Source: an uncultured Acidobacteriota bacterium
GTDB taxonomy: Bacteria; Acidobacteriota; UBA6911
DNA: 64,000 nt
NCBI GenBank assembly: GCA_963843575.1
Contig: CAWJKZ010000019.1
Coordinates: 192,001 to 256,000, forward strand
Reading direction: 5' to 3'
The notes beneath the pieces are model-generated. The model was not told the origin of the DNA, made no database searches, and saw only the letters and a program-made list of their open reading frames with translations. Each line of letters starts with the position of its first letter. The stretch's first letter is position 1. The translations under genes were made by a program, and so were the position numbers. Below, piece by piece: positions 42,603 to 53,252 of this stretch.

Positions 42603-43538
42603 ATGCTCAAACGCATGGTCACGATCCGGCGCTTCGAAGAACGGGTGAAGCTGCTGTACCGTGCCAAGGAAATTACCGGCGCGATCCATCTGTACATCGG
42701 TGAAGAAGCGGTTGCGGTGGGGACGTGCGAGGCCTTGGCGCCCGGGGACTACGTGACCAGCACGCATCGCAGTCACGGCCACTGTATCGCCCGCGGGCTG
42801 GACCTGAATCGGATGATGGCGGAGATGATGGGACGCGAGACCGGAGTATCGCGCGGCAGGGGCGGATCGATGCACCAGTTCGACATCACCAGGGGATTCC
42901 TCGGAGGCAACGGCATCGTGGGCGGTGGCATAGCACTGGCGACCGGGGCGGCTTTTTCGTCCAAATACAGGAACACTGACAACGTCGCTGCCTGTTTTTT
43001 CAGCGAAGGAGGAGCCAACCAGGGTGTCCTTTTCGAATCTCTGAACATGGCGTCCCTCTGGAAACTGCCGGTGATTTTCGTGTGCGAGAACAATCGCTAC
43101 GCCGCAACGACTCCCGTGGAAAAGAGCGTCTGCAGCCCCGATATTGCGCCGCGGGCCGAACCATTCGGCGTGCCCTGGAGCATCGCGGATGGAAACGATG
43201 TGCTCGACGTGTGCCGTCATGTCAGCGAAGCCGTGAGCAGGGCGCGGCGCGGGGAAGGTGCGAGCTTTGTCGAATGCAAAACCTACCGGGTCGAGCCGCA
43301 CTGCGGAATTATCGCGGACGGCCGCGACAAGAGTGAAGTCTCGCTGTGGCAGAGTTCCGAGAAGGATCCGATCGCGAGGTTCGAAAGGCTCCTGCTGCAG
43401 GAGTCCACTCTGACCGAAACCGAGATCGCTGGCATCCGGCAGGAAGTCGAGCAGGATCTGGAGGAGGCCATTGCATTCGCCCGCCAGAGTCCGTTCCCGG
43501 CGCTGGGAACCGTCGGCGACGCCCTGTGGGCGGATTGA
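42603..43538 (+). CDS. TPP-dependent 2-oxoacid/acetoin dehydrogenase E1 alpha-like subunit
   Basis: IRRFEE, HLYIGEEA, STHRSHGH, GRGGSMH, NGIVGGG, CENNRYA and ECKTYR motifs. The true start may be slightly upstream across a frameshift. Confidence 0.92.
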   Translation: MLKRMVTIRRFEERVKLLYRAKEITGAIHLYIGEEAVAVGTCEALAPGDYVTSTHRSHGHCIARGLDLNRMMAEMMGRETGVSRGRGGSMHQFDITRGFLGGNGIVGGGIALATGAAFSSKYRNTDNVAACFFSEGGANQGVLFESLNMASLWKLPVIFVCENNRYAATTPVEKSVCSPDIAPRAEPFGVPWSIADGNDVLDVCRHVSEAVSRARRGEGASFVECKTYRVEPHCGIIADGRDKSEVSLWQSSEKDPIARFERLLLQESTLTETEIAGIRQEVEQDLEEAIAFARQSPFPALGTVGDALWAD

Positions 43539-43544
43539 GTAGGG

Positions 43545-44525
43545 ATGAATATGAGAAAGATCAGGTATGCGGACGCACTGAACGAGGCTCTCATCGAAGA
43601 GATGGCCCGCGACGAACGGGTGTTTGTAATCGGCGAGGATGTGGATCTGTATGGCGGTGTGTTCAAGCTGACCCGCCACCTGGTCGAGAAGTTCGGACCG
43701 CACCGGGTCGTGGGGACGCCGATTTCCGAGGAAGGGTTCGTAGGGCTTGCCGTCGGCGCGGCAATGACCGGGCTGCGCCCGGTCGTCGAGATCATGTACA
43801 TGGACTTCATCCTGCTGGCCATGGACCAGATGGTGAATCAGATGGCCAAGCTGCGTTACATGTCGGGCGGCCAGTTCCCGATGCCGGTGACGATTCGCGC
43901 CCAGGCCGGGGCGGGCACGGCCGAAGCAGCGCAGCACTCACAGAGCCTCGAGGCATGGTTTGCGCACGTGCCGGGAATCAAGGTGCTCATGCCCGCCACC
44001 GTGTACGACGCCAAGGGACTGCTCAAGTCTGCGATCCGCGACAACAACCCGGTGCTCATTATCGAAAACCGGGTCCTGTTTTACAGTTTCGAAGATGTGC
44101 CCGAAGGGGAATGGATCGTGCCATTGGGACAGGCGGATCTGGCGCGCGTCGGCAAAGACGTAACCGTCGTGGCTACGGGCTACGCACGCCGTAAAGCGCT
44201 CGCTGCCGCCGACCGGCTGGACGGCGAGATCAGCGTTGAAGTCATCGATCCCAGAACGATCCAGCCGTTGGACCTGGATACAATCGTCGCTTCCGTTCGC
44301 AAGACCGGACGGCTGCTGGTGGTGCACGAGGCCCCCACCCGCTGCGGGATCGGGGCCGAAATTGTGCGCCGGGTCGTCGAAGAGGCCTTTCATTACCTGG
44401 ACGCTCCTCCCCAGGTGTTGGGAGGGGCCGATCTGCCGATGCCGTTCAGTCCACAGCTGGAGCAGGCATGCCTGCCCCAGGAGGAGACAATCATCGGTGC
44501 CATCCGGCACCTGACCGAAAGCTGA
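43545..44525 (+). CDS. TPP-dependent dehydrogenase E1 beta-like subunit
   Basis: GEDV, TPISEEG, GLRPVVEIM, AAQHSQSLE, DAKGLL and VIDPRTIQPLD motifs. Confidence 0.93.
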   Translation: MNMRKIRYADALNEALIEEMARDERVFVIGEDVDLYGGVFKLTRHLVEKFGPHRVVGTPISEEGFVGLAVGAAMTGLRPVVEIMYMDFILLAMDQMVNQMAKLRYMSGGQFPMPVTIRAQAGAGTAEAAQHSQSLEAWFAHVPGIKVLMPATVYDAKGLLKSAIRDNNPVLIIENRVLFYSFEDVPEGEWIVPLGQADLARVGKDVTVVATGYARRKALAAADRLDGEISVEVIDPRTIQPLDLDTIVASVRKTGRLLVVHEAPTRCGIGAEIVRRVVEEAFHYLDAPPQVLGGADLPMPFSPQLEQACLPQEETIIGAIRHLTES

Positions 44526-44593
44526 CAACCACCGGCGGAGCAGCCCCTCTCTGGAGGCCGCCGCCGGGTCACCTGCAGTACCCGGAGGTAGAG

Positions 44594-45662
44594 ATGGATC
44601 AAACCGGACGTCAGATCGGCTGCGCTGTTATAGGCTTCGGCGCAATGCACAATTTTGGATGGATGCACGCGACCTGGATCAGCACTACTCCTGAACTGAG
44701 AGCTCTGTGCGATATGCGATTCAGATCCTCAAAGACTCGACGCGGCGAGACGGGCCTTTCCCGGCATCCAGACCTACGGCAGTACGCGCGAGCTCTACGC
44801 GAACCCGGAGGTCGAGATGGTCACATTGGTTACCCCGAATTACACACACTGCGCGCTGGCTCTGGAGGCCTTTGCCAACGGCAGAAATGTTTTGACGGAG
44901 AACGCCATGTGTCTCTCGGTGGCCGAGGCTACGGCCATGATCGAGGCGTCCGAGGCGGCCGGCAAGATGTTCTGTGTGCACCACAACCGCCGCCACGATG
45001 GGAACTACCGTCTCATCAGGGAGATCGTCGACAGCGGGCGGATCGGCGAAGTGTTTCACGTCGAACTGTCGCCGAGCCATTATGGCAACCCCTTTGCTGC
45101 CACCCCTGCCACCTGGTGGGCCGACAGAACCCGCTCGGGAGGCTCCTATTACTATTACGGGCCGCAGGCCATTGACTGGCTTCTCGACCTCGTGCCGCAC
45201 CCGATTGCCGGTGTCACCGGGTTCTCCCACAAACTGGTCTGGCACGAGATGACCAATGAGGATCAGGTGACGGCGATCATTCGCTTTGAAAACGGGGCTG
45301 TCGCGAATTTCACCGAGTCTCACATCGATTGCGCCCCCAAGCCGTTCTGGCGCATCCTCGGGACCAAAGGCGCCATTGTCGACACAGGCAAAGATGCGAC
45401 CCGGGGGTACCAGGAGAAAACCTCCATGCCCTCGACGGGGAGTCTGAAGCTACTCACCCCGCATGATGACGGTATCATCGAGGAATCGATTCCATACAAA
45501 GACTCCGACTGGCACATGTTCTACAGGGATATAGCCAGTCACCTGCTGCGCGGCACACCCGTGCCGATTTCCGGCGAGTGCGGGCGGCGTGTCATCGGCG
45601 TGCTGGAGGCCGCCGCAAAGTCCTGCCGGAGCGGCAGAACCGAAGAGGTTTCCTACCGATAG
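44594..45662 (+). CDS. Gfo/Idh/MocA-family oxidoreductase (frameshifted near 44705)
   Basis: AVIGFGAMHNFG, then VTPNYTH, HHNRRHDG, SGGSYYYYGPQAID and TNED. Confidence 0.88.
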
Positions 45663-45694
45663 GAGTCCCGCAGTGGGGCAAAGAGGACGCGATT

Positions 45695-46072
45695 ATGACA
45701 GAAGCCTCTTTTGCGCAATGGCTCGAGAACTACCTGCGGCCTCAGGAACAAAGGAGCGCGGAGAAGATCAAGGGCCTGTTCGCCGAGGACGGAGTGTACT
45801 TTTGGGGCCCCTTTTATGAGGCACGTCGCGGGGTAGAGGCCATCTACGCTCACCACCGGAATGCGCTCTCGCATCAAACGGACTTGAGATACGACTACGA
45901 CATCCTGGCGGTCACTGAAAAGTGTGGGATCGCACGGTTTCACCTCGTTCTTAAGGACCTGGTCGAAGGCGAGCCCTCGGAATACGACGGCATCTTCCTG
46001 GTGCATCTCAACCCGGATGGCAGGTGCTCGCTTTTCCAGGAGTGGTATCACAGCAGGGGACCCGCGAAATAA
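45695..46072 (+). CDS. SnoaL/NTF2-like protein
   Basis: GLFAEDGVY...PF....G..AI and DGRCSLFQEWY motifs. Confidence 0.85.
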   Translation: MTEASFAQWLENYLRPQEQRSAEKIKGLFAEDGVYFWGPFYEARRGVEAIYAHHRNALSHQTDLRYDYDILAVTEKCGIARFHLVLKDLVEGEPSEYDGIFLVHLNPDGRCSLFQEWYHSRGPAK

Positions 46073-46356
46073 GCGCTCCTGGCTCGGAGCAATAGGTTAT
46101 ATGGCAAAATATTGGCAAAGACCAATTGGACTACGATCTTAGCTTGATGGGTTCCCATCTGGGCTGAGATCGACATTCGTACGATGGATGCCTGTAAAAA
46201 TACCTGTAAAAATTGTTTTGACTATGACCTAGGGCCGTGCGAGAGTACGAGCATCCTTGGCTATCTTAAGGGCACCGCAATTTTCCAGGAATATTTGCAC
46301 ATGTAAAAAAAGCGCACGGCTCGGCCTTGTGCTCGAACACCAACTGGAGGTTTGTT

Positions 46357-49300
46357 ATGGCCTTGAAACGCTTTTGTGTCCCCAAGATGGCACTTCTGGC
46401 GGCCGGCCTCGGTGTCCTCTTCTGTACAGGGCTGTTTGCCCAGCAGATGGTCCTCTCCACGATCCGCGGAAACGCGCTCGATCAGTCGGGCGCGGCTGTT
46501 CCCGGCGTGACGATTACTCTCACTAACCTGGAGACAAGCGCCACCCGCTCCGTCTCGACTGGGGAGACCGGCGAGTTCGAGATCCCCTACATCCAGAGGG
46601 GCACATATAAACTGACGGCTACCATCTCCGGGTTTAAGACCTTCATTGCCGACAACATCATTCTCGAAAGCGGCCAGATCCGGAGGGTGGATGTCCGCCT
46701 GGAGGTGGGTGGCTCACAGACGGAGATCACGGTCCAGGCAAATGCGGCCGTGATCACGACCGAGGGTGCGTCGATCTCCGGCACAATCACGGCGCCCGTG
46801 TATGATGAGATCCCGATGGTTGCCAACTGGTTCGACCCGACGCTGGTCATGGTCACCATGCCGGGGATCGTGGCGCCGATCGGAGGCAGCTACAGCATCC
46901 AGTTCAACGGTCAGTCCTCGAGCCAGCTCTCGGAGGGGATGGACGGAATTACCTATGATGGCCCGGTGAACCAGGTCAACAATATCGAGGACGTTTCAGA
47001 GCTCCTGATGGTGACCACGTCGGCTCCGGCGGAATACAGCCGGGCCGGTAACTTCAACCTGGTCAGCAAAGGCGGGGGCAACCAGTACCACGGACGACTG
47101 TACTACACCCATCAGAATGGCGCGCTGAATGCCCGGGAGTACTTCTCACCCGGCAAGACCAAGTATCTCGTCCACACGTTCGGCGCGCATATGGGCGGCC
47201 CGATCATCAAGGACAAGTTGTTTTTCTATGCGACCTGGAACGCTCATCGGGTGCCGAGCCATTTCTTCGCCCGTGCGGCGGTGCCTACCGCGGGGATGCG
47301 TAACGGCGATTTCTCTTCCCTGCTGCCCGACATTGTGATCGCCGATCCGTTCACGGGAGTTCCTTTCCCCGGGAACAAAATCCCCACTTCGCGCCTCAAT
47401 GCGACTTCACTCAAGACGCAGGATCTGTACATCCCCAAACCCAACCTTGGTGGTGCGGAATTCCTGGGAGAGAACCTGGGGTGGACGCACCCCAAAGCCC
47501 AGGATGCCTATAAGCAGGATTACCTGATGCAGCGTATCGACTACAACCTGTCCAAGGACAATACTCTCTTCGGGCGGTTTACGGTGCGCGTGGTTCCGTA
47601 CTACCTGCCGGGAGGATTGCCGAATTTTGCCTGGACAAGGAATCGCCACCACAGCAACCTGGTGTTATCCGACACCCATGTCTTCACGCCCAAGCTGGTC
47701 AACACATTCCGGTTTGGCTGGATCAAGGATTTCTATGAAGACGGCAGGGAGGTTGCCGGCTTCACCCCGCCAAACGGCAATGATGCCGTGAAGGCCATCG
47801 GCCTGGAGGGGGTGAATCCGAAAGGCTACTCCGCCATGGGATTCCCGACCATGAGCATTGCCGGTTTCTCGGCCCTGTCCCAAACGGCCGGCGGCATAGC
47901 CCAGGACGCTCGAGATCTCTCCTATGCAGACTCGGTCACCTGGTCTTTTGACAAGCACGTGATGAAATTCGGGGGTGAACTCAAATCGTTCCGCGAGTTC
48001 ACCGGAACCGTGCCCGACGGGACGTACGGTTCCTTCGGCTTTGAGGGGAACTTCACCGGATTTGCCTATGCCGATTTCCTGCTGGGCCTCCCCAATACCA
48101 GCTTCCGCCTGAACCCGTTGACCAACAGAACGAAAAAGGCCTGGGAACTGGGGCTGTTCGTGCAGGACAGCTTCAAGGTCAGTCCGCGTCTGAGCGTCGA
48201 TTATGGCTTGAGATGGGAATATTTCGGGGCCGGGACCTTCGACGACGGCTTGATGTACAACTGGGATCCATCTACGGCAAACGTAGTCGTCCCTGAATCC
48301 GCAAAGGGCAGCGTCAGCCCGCTCTACCCGACGTCCATTGGGGTGGTAACGGGAGAGGTCGTCCAGAGGCCGAGAAAAACCAACTACCGGCCGCGTTTCG
48401 GCATTTCCTACCGGCTGCGCGATAACACGGTGCTGCGAGGCGGGTATTCGAGCTTCACTGAACAAATCGGGCGTTACGCCCTGATGCAAGGGGGAGGGCC
48501 CTACCAGCTGAGCGAATCCTTTTTCAACGAGATCACGAACGGCACTGCGCTATTTCAGTTTCCGAATCCCTTCCCGGCCTTCCCTGGCAGCGTTCCCTCT
48601 CAAAGCGTCTCGGGCTACCCTCTCGACACGCACAATGGGAATATCCATCAGATGAACCTCAGCCTCGAACAACAATGGCATGACATCGGGTTCCGGTTCT
48701 CCTACATCAATGCCCGGAACCGGGGGCTGTTGTACAGCCAGAACATCAACAAGCCGCAACCGAGCTTGACCCCATTTTCATCGAGCCGACGGCCGAATCC
48801 GCAGTTCGTAGGCACCACATTGTATAAGTCAAAGGGCGATACGAATTACGATGCATTTCAGTTTGAAGTGCAGCGCAAAGTTGGTGCCGTGACCTTCGAT
48901 AGCCACTACACGTGGGCGCATGGGGCCTCGAACTATCTGAACCTTGAAAACCCATACGCCCAGCTGTTCTGGAACCAGGACTCCACCACACCCAGGCACC
49001 GGGTGGTCATGAATGTTGGCTGGCAGCTGCCGTTCGGGCGGGGGCAGCGCCACGCTGCGAATGCGCCTCGTGCTGTGGACGCCGTCATCGGTGGATGGAC
49101 CCTCTACTATGTGGGGTTCCTGAACACCGGGCAGCGCTTCACGCCTCGATTCTCGGGATCGGATCCGTCGAACACGAACACCTTCGGCGGCCTTCCCGAT
49201 CGCATTGGAGACGGCAACCTGCCTGCCGGCCAGAGAACCCAGGACCGCTGGTTTGATGCGTCCGCCTTCAAGGTCCCGGTCAAAGGAGTATTCGGGAACA

Positions 49301-49557
49301 GCGGCATCAACATCCTGGAAGGCCCCGGGTACAACACGCATCACCTGACCGTCTCCAAGAAATTCAACCTGTTCGAGAGATGGCAATTTCAATATTCCTG
49401 CCAGATTTCGAACATCTTCAACCATCCCAACTTCTATTTCCCGAACAGCAATATCTCGATTCCTTCGGTCGGCCTGATCGAATCGGATGTCAGCATCTGG
49501 GATCTGCAGAAGGGGGGAGCCCGGATGGTTGAAATGAAGCTCCGCGTTGATTTTTAA
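46357..49557 (+). CDS. TonB-dependent outer-membrane receptor (Oar-like, N-terminal carboxypeptidase-regulatory domain)
   Basis: DQSGAAVPGVTITLTNLET, APAEY, LNAR.YF, FGAHMGGPIIKDKLFFY, YGLRWEY and NIFNHPNF; terminal Phe. Confidence 0.95.
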   Translation: MALKRFCVPKMALLAAGLGVLFCTGLFAQQMVLSTIRGNALDQSGAAVPGVTITLTNLETSATRSVSTGETGEFEIPYIQRGTYKLTATISGFKTFIADNIILESGQIRRVDVRLEVGGSQTEITVQANAAVITTEGASISGTITAPVYDEIPMVANWFDPTLVMVTMPGIVAPIGGSYSIQFNGQSSSQLSEGMDGITYDGPVNQVNNIEDVSELLMVTTSAPAEYSRAGNFNLVSKGGGNQYHGRLYYTHQNGALNAREYFSPGKTKYLVHTFGAHMGGPIIKDKLFFYATWNAHRVPSHFFARAAVPTAGMRNGDFSSLLPDIVIADPFTGVPFPGNKIPTSRLNATSLKTQDLYIPKPNLGGAEFLGENLGWTHPKAQDAYKQDYLMQRIDYNLSKDNTLFGRFTVRVVPYYLPGGLPNFAWTRNRHHSNLVLSDTHVFTPKLVNTFRFGWIKDFYEDGREVAGFTPPNGNDAVKAIGLEGVNPKGYSAMGFPTMSIAGFSALSQTAGGIAQDARDLSYADSVTWSFDKHVMKFGGELKSFREFTGTVPDGTYGSFGFEGNFTGFAYADFLLGLPNTSFRLNPLTNRTKKAWELGLFVQDSFKVSPRLSVDYGLRWEYFGAGTFDDGLMYNWDPSTANVVVPESAKGSVSPLYPTSIGVVTGEVVQRPRKTNYRPRFGISYRLRDNTVLRGGYSSFTEQIGRYALMQGGGPYQLSESFFNEITNGTALFQFPNPFPAFPGSVPSQSVSGYPLDTHNGNIHQMNLSLEQQWHDIGFRFSYINARNRGLLYSQNINKPQPSLTPFSSSRRPNPQFVGTTLYKSKGDTNYDAFQFEVQRKVGAVTFDSHYTWAHGASNYLNLENPYAQLFWNQDSTTPRHRVVMNVGWQLPFGRGQRHAANAPRAVDAVIGGWTLYYVGFLNTGQRFTPRFSGSDPSNTNTFGGLPDRIGDGNLPAGQRTQDRWFDASAFKVPVKGVFGNSGINILEGPGYNTHHLTVSKKFNLFERWQFQYSCQISNIFNHPNFYFPNSNISIPSVGLIESDVSIWDLQKGGARMVEMKLRVDF

Positions 49558-49766
49558 GCCTCCGGCGAGTTGACGAGAAGCGCTGTCCGGTTGGTCCGGG
49601 CGGCGCTTCTCGTCATGCGTGTCCGCGTGTGCCGCATCAACCCGCGGAATTGCAGGATCCGGCCGCAGTCGAATCCGATTGCTCGGACGGAACGCTGGAA
49701 TTTTTTGGTCCCCCGCCCGCCGTCTGCAGTGATGTGTAACGCTCCTAATTGAGGAGGAAAACTCCC

Positions 49767-52241
49767 ATGCCAGCAGCCCATCGACGAGTTCACCTCGCAG
49801 CCCTGTTCGTGGTCTGGCTCTCTTTCATGGGGTCGGCCGCTACACTGTCCGCACAGATGCGGGGAGGAATGTTGAACCCGGACATCGATACCCCGGGAAA
49901 ACCTTTCTCCTACTTCTGGAAACCCACGGATGTGATCGGCTCGCTGTTTGGGCGGGTGGCGGCGGAAGTCACGCCCGAAGGGCATCTCTACACAGGTCTG
50001 GGCGAGCTGATGTTCTTTGTCGGTAATCCGCCGGAGGAAGTGAACGAGCGCATCAAAACGCTGCACAAAGGGTATCTCCCCATTGTCCGGTACGACGTGC
50101 GGCGCGACGGTGTCCGATATGAATTTTCGCTGTTTGCCGATGATGCGGGCGGCGCAGTGGCCGGTCTGCCTGTCAACCTGGTTGGAGTGCGGCTCGTGAA
50201 CGAGTCGCAGGAAGCGAGAACTGCCTATGTGAGTTCGGCCTACCGATTCAGCCCTCCCAATACCGGCCTGGGGAGCCTTCCTGATTACCGGTTCTCCCAG
50301 AGGCTGGAACTGATCCCGAAGGATCTGGTGGACGGGCAGGATGCCTTCAACCCGGCCTGGAAGTACTCGTTCGGCACGAACGCGCTGGTCCGCGACGGCC
50401 GCATCCTCTATTGGTTCCCTACCGACCCCCAGCCGGACCAGTTTTCGTTGAGCCTCACCGACAACGGGCTGCGCATGTACAAGTTTTTCACGGGTGAAAT
50501 CATTGGCGACCGGAATCCCAAACACCGGTTGAATCCGGGCACACCCATGGGCTTGGTGAGTTACCGGGTGACTCTTCAGCCGAAGGAGGGCAAATCCCTG
50601 GCCTTCAAAATGCCCATCGTGCCCCTCCCGGTGGATCTGCCGGAAACCAGACAGATCGCCGATGCGGATTACTCCCAAAGTTACCAGCGCACAGTATCCG
50701 GCTGGGAGGGATTGCTGTCCAAGGGGGGGTTGAAGTTCCCGGAACGCAAGGTTCAGGAATTTCTGCTCGCCAACACGGCATTCGATCTGCTCGCGATCGA
50801 CAAGGTGGGTGAGAACTACATACCGAATGTCAACAAGTTCCAATACCACCGGTATTACGGCGGATGCGACACGGTCCATATGCTCATTGCGCTGGATTAC
50901 ATGGGCCTGCAGGACATCGCCGAAAAAGCACTGCTTTTTTCCCTCACCGCCCAGGCGTCCAATGGAGCTTTTATCCCGGAGCGTCAGAAAATAGAGGATT
51001 ACCGGCTGTGGGAGAGCTTCGGTTATGCCCTCTGGGGTTGGGGGCGCCACTACCTGCTGACACGCGATGAGTCCTTCCTCCAGAAAATCTATCCGGGTGT
51101 GCCGCGCGCGGTGGATTGGCTCGAAAAACTCATCAAGAACGATCCGCTGGGACTGGTCCCCCCCGTTGAGATTGCCGACGACGCGGCCCTCAAGAATGCC
51201 TACCAGACCGGGCAAAGCACGCTTGCGCTGATCGGCCTCCGCAATGCCATTGTGCTGGCCGAAAGCATGGGGCAGAAAGGAGACACGGAGAGATTCAAGG
51301 GCGTCTATGAGCGGTACCGCGCCTCTTTTGATAAGCAGCTCGCGCTGCAAACGGCTAAGAGCGGCGGCTGGATCCCTCCGGCCCTCACTCAGACTCTGGA
51401 AGGCAACCACTGGGACAACATGCTCACGCTGTATCCGGAGCTTCTCTTCGAGCCGTTCGACCCGAGGGTCACGGCCACCATCCGCAGGTCGAGAGAGACC
51501 TACGTGGAAGGAATCCTGGGATATGTCCTGCCCAGTGCAATTGCACGCAACGGAGATGATTTTGTTTTCGAGACCACGCCACGCCTCCACTACTGGCAGA
51601 CGCAGGACAACACGCTGAACGCATTGGTTCGCGGCGGGGCCGAAGACCAGCAACTCGCTGTGCAGGACCTGTACGCCATGCTGGTCCACACCACGTCCAC
51701 GCATGCCCCGCAGGAGTTCGGCACCTTGCCGTGGAGCACGCGCGACATGGTGGGTCACGACCTGCTGCCGGACGGGCCGGCTTCCGGAAAAACAATCGAA
51801 GTCCTGCGCAACATGCTGGTGCGCGAGTATAAGAACGATCTTGTCCTTTTTTCGGCTTTATCGCCGTCCTGGCTGAAACCGGGACAGACCGTCGAGGCCG
51901 TCAACCAGCCGACGGTGTTCGGTCCCGTGAGCGTGATCCTCAGGACTGAGGCCGACGGTCTGGCCATAAAGCTCTCCAACAAGTTCCGTCAGGCCCCGGA
52001 CCGGATCGTGGTTTCCGTGCCCTGGTTTTACGACGTGAAGCAGGCCGAAGCGGACGGCCGCCCACTGACGGTCCGGGACGCGCGACTGGTGATTCCGGCG
52101 ACTGCTCGAGAAGTGCGGATTACAGGCATGATCAAGGCCGGTACGCCGGATTGGAGTTACGAGCAGGCGGTGCGTGACTTCAAACGGGAGTACCGGAGCC
52201 GATACCAGGATTTTCTCCGGACCGGCCCGGCAAAACGCTGA
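49767..52241 (+). CDS. Secreted (alpha/alpha)6 six-hairpin glycosidase-like protein, paralog 2
   Basis: Collinear with 34000-36486 (EVTPEG.LYTG.GELMFF, PNVNKFQYHR.YGG, STHAPQE, LLPDGPASGKTIE); GAGGAGG RBS. Confidence 0.82.
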   Translation: MPAAHRRVHLAALFVVWLSFMGSAATLSAQMRGGMLNPDIDTPGKPFSYFWKPTDVIGSLFGRVAAEVTPEGHLYTGLGELMFFVGNPPEEVNERIKTLHKGYLPIVRYDVRRDGVRYEFSLFADDAGGAVAGLPVNLVGVRLVNESQEARTAYVSSAYRFSPPNTGLGSLPDYRFSQRLELIPKDLVDGQDAFNPAWKYSFGTNALVRDGRILYWFPTDPQPDQFSLSLTDNGLRMYKFFTGEIIGDRNPKHRLNPGTPMGLVSYRVTLQPKEGKSLAFKMPIVPLPVDLPETRQIADADYSQSYQRTVSGWEGLLSKGGLKFPERKVQEFLLANTAFDLLAIDKVGENYIPNVNKFQYHRYYGGCDTVHMLIALDYMGLQDIAEKALLFSLTAQASNGAFIPERQKIEDYRLWESFGYALWGWGRHYLLTRDESFLQKIYPGVPRAVDWLEKLIKNDPLGLVPPVEIADDAALKNAYQTGQSTLALIGLRNAIVLAESMGQKGDTERFKGVYERYRASFDKQLALQTAKSGGWIPPALTQTLEGNHWDNMLTLYPELLFEPFDPRVTATIRRSRETYVEGILGYVLPSAIARNGDDFVFETTPRLHYWQTQDNTLNALVRGGAEDQQLAVQDLYAMLVHTTSTHAPQEFGTLPWSTRDMVGHDLLPDGPASGKTIEVLRNMLVREYKNDLVLFSALSPSWLKPGQTVEAVNQPTVFGPVSVILRTEADGLAIKLSNKFRQAPDRIVVSVPWFYDVKQAEADGRPLTVRDARLVIPATAREVRITGMIKAGTPDWSYEQAVRDFKREYRSRYQDFLRTGPAKR

Positions 52242-52315
52242 GCGTGGGTCCCGGCCGCCGCAACGAATTGAATTGAGTTCAGCAGGAATGTTTTTCCAAT
52301 TCGGAGGACAGCGAA

Positions 52316-53218
52316 ATGACCATGAGCACGCGCGTTGTAGGTCGACGGCAGATGCTTGCGACCGGCATGGCCGCACTCAGCGTTCCAGGCGGATGGGTGC
52401 AGGCCCAGAGGCAGTCCAGCGCATCCCACGCCCGTTCCGTCCGCGACCACCTTTGGGTTTTCGCGTGTGCAGCCAACACCGACTTCGACAGGTTCAAGCG
52501 GCGCTCGGTGATGACGCCGGCGGAAAGCGCGTTCTATTACGGAGTCCCGAACATCATCATGGTTCAGGCCAGCGAGTCCGAATCCAAGTACGGGCGTTTT
52601 GAATCCCCTTTTGCCCAATACGCCGCAGGACTCAAACCTCTCAAGCGCGTCGTATGGTCGGTCGTGGGTTCCGGCGGATTTTCCTCACCCGCGGAGACCG
52701 ACGAGGTTATCGACCTTGCCGGAAAGACTGCGAATTTCACCGGTATCATGCTCGATGATTTCTTTGGTTCGCCGAAGAATTGGAAACAGGCCATGTGGAC
52801 AACGGAGCAGCTTGCCGCTTTCCGCAGCCGCCTCCAGGGGACGGGTAAGAAGCTCGACATCTTCGTCACCCTGTATACCAGCCAGCTGGAGTTACCTCTG
52901 CAAAGCTATCTGGAGTTGATCGACGTGATTACGCTGTGGACCGGAGACATGACAAGTCTCGAGGCCAGCCTGATACGAACCGAACGCCTCGCCCCCAGGC
53001 TGAGGAAGATGGCGGGGATCTATGTCGCTGACTATGGAACCGGCAAATCCAGGCCGCTGGATGAGATCAAGCTCCAGTGCGAGACGTCTTTGAAATGGCT
53101 GCGCGACCGGCGCATCGAGGGGATCATCTTTCTTGGAAACACCGCGATGGATTTCGATTTCCCGTCGGTGGAGTGGACCCGAGAGTGGATCGCCAGAGTC
53201 GCCGACACGGAGCTGTGA
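52316..53218 (+). CDS. Tat-exported TIM-barrel protein of unknown family, paralog B
   Basis: GRRQML; VRDHLW, RRSVMTPAES, NFTGIMLDDFF and EGIIFLGNT. Confidence 0.85.
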   Translation: MTMSTRVVGRRQMLATGMAALSVPGGWVQAQRQSSASHARSVRDHLWVFACAANTDFDRFKRRSVMTPAESAFYYGVPNIIMVQASESESKYGRFESPFAQYAAGLKPLKRVVWSVVGSGGFSSPAETDEVIDLAGKTANFTGIMLDDFFGSPKNWKQAMWTTEQLAAFRSRLQGTGKKLDIFVTLYTSQLELPLQSYLELIDVITLWTGDMTSLEASLIRTERLAPRLRKMAGIYVADYGTGKSRPLDEIKLQCETSLKWLRDRRIEGIIFLGNTAMDFDFPSVEWTREWIARVADTEL

Positions 53219-53252
53219 CGCGTGAACGGGCGGAACCTCGCGAGCCCGCGGT

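Noticed and set aside
49554-51758. Long antisense ORFs (49554-51758, 34792-36420, 25241-26845, 42420-43937, 53872-55317 and others)
   Set aside because: Shadow frames opposite well-supported genes in high-GC DNA; no recognisable motifs.
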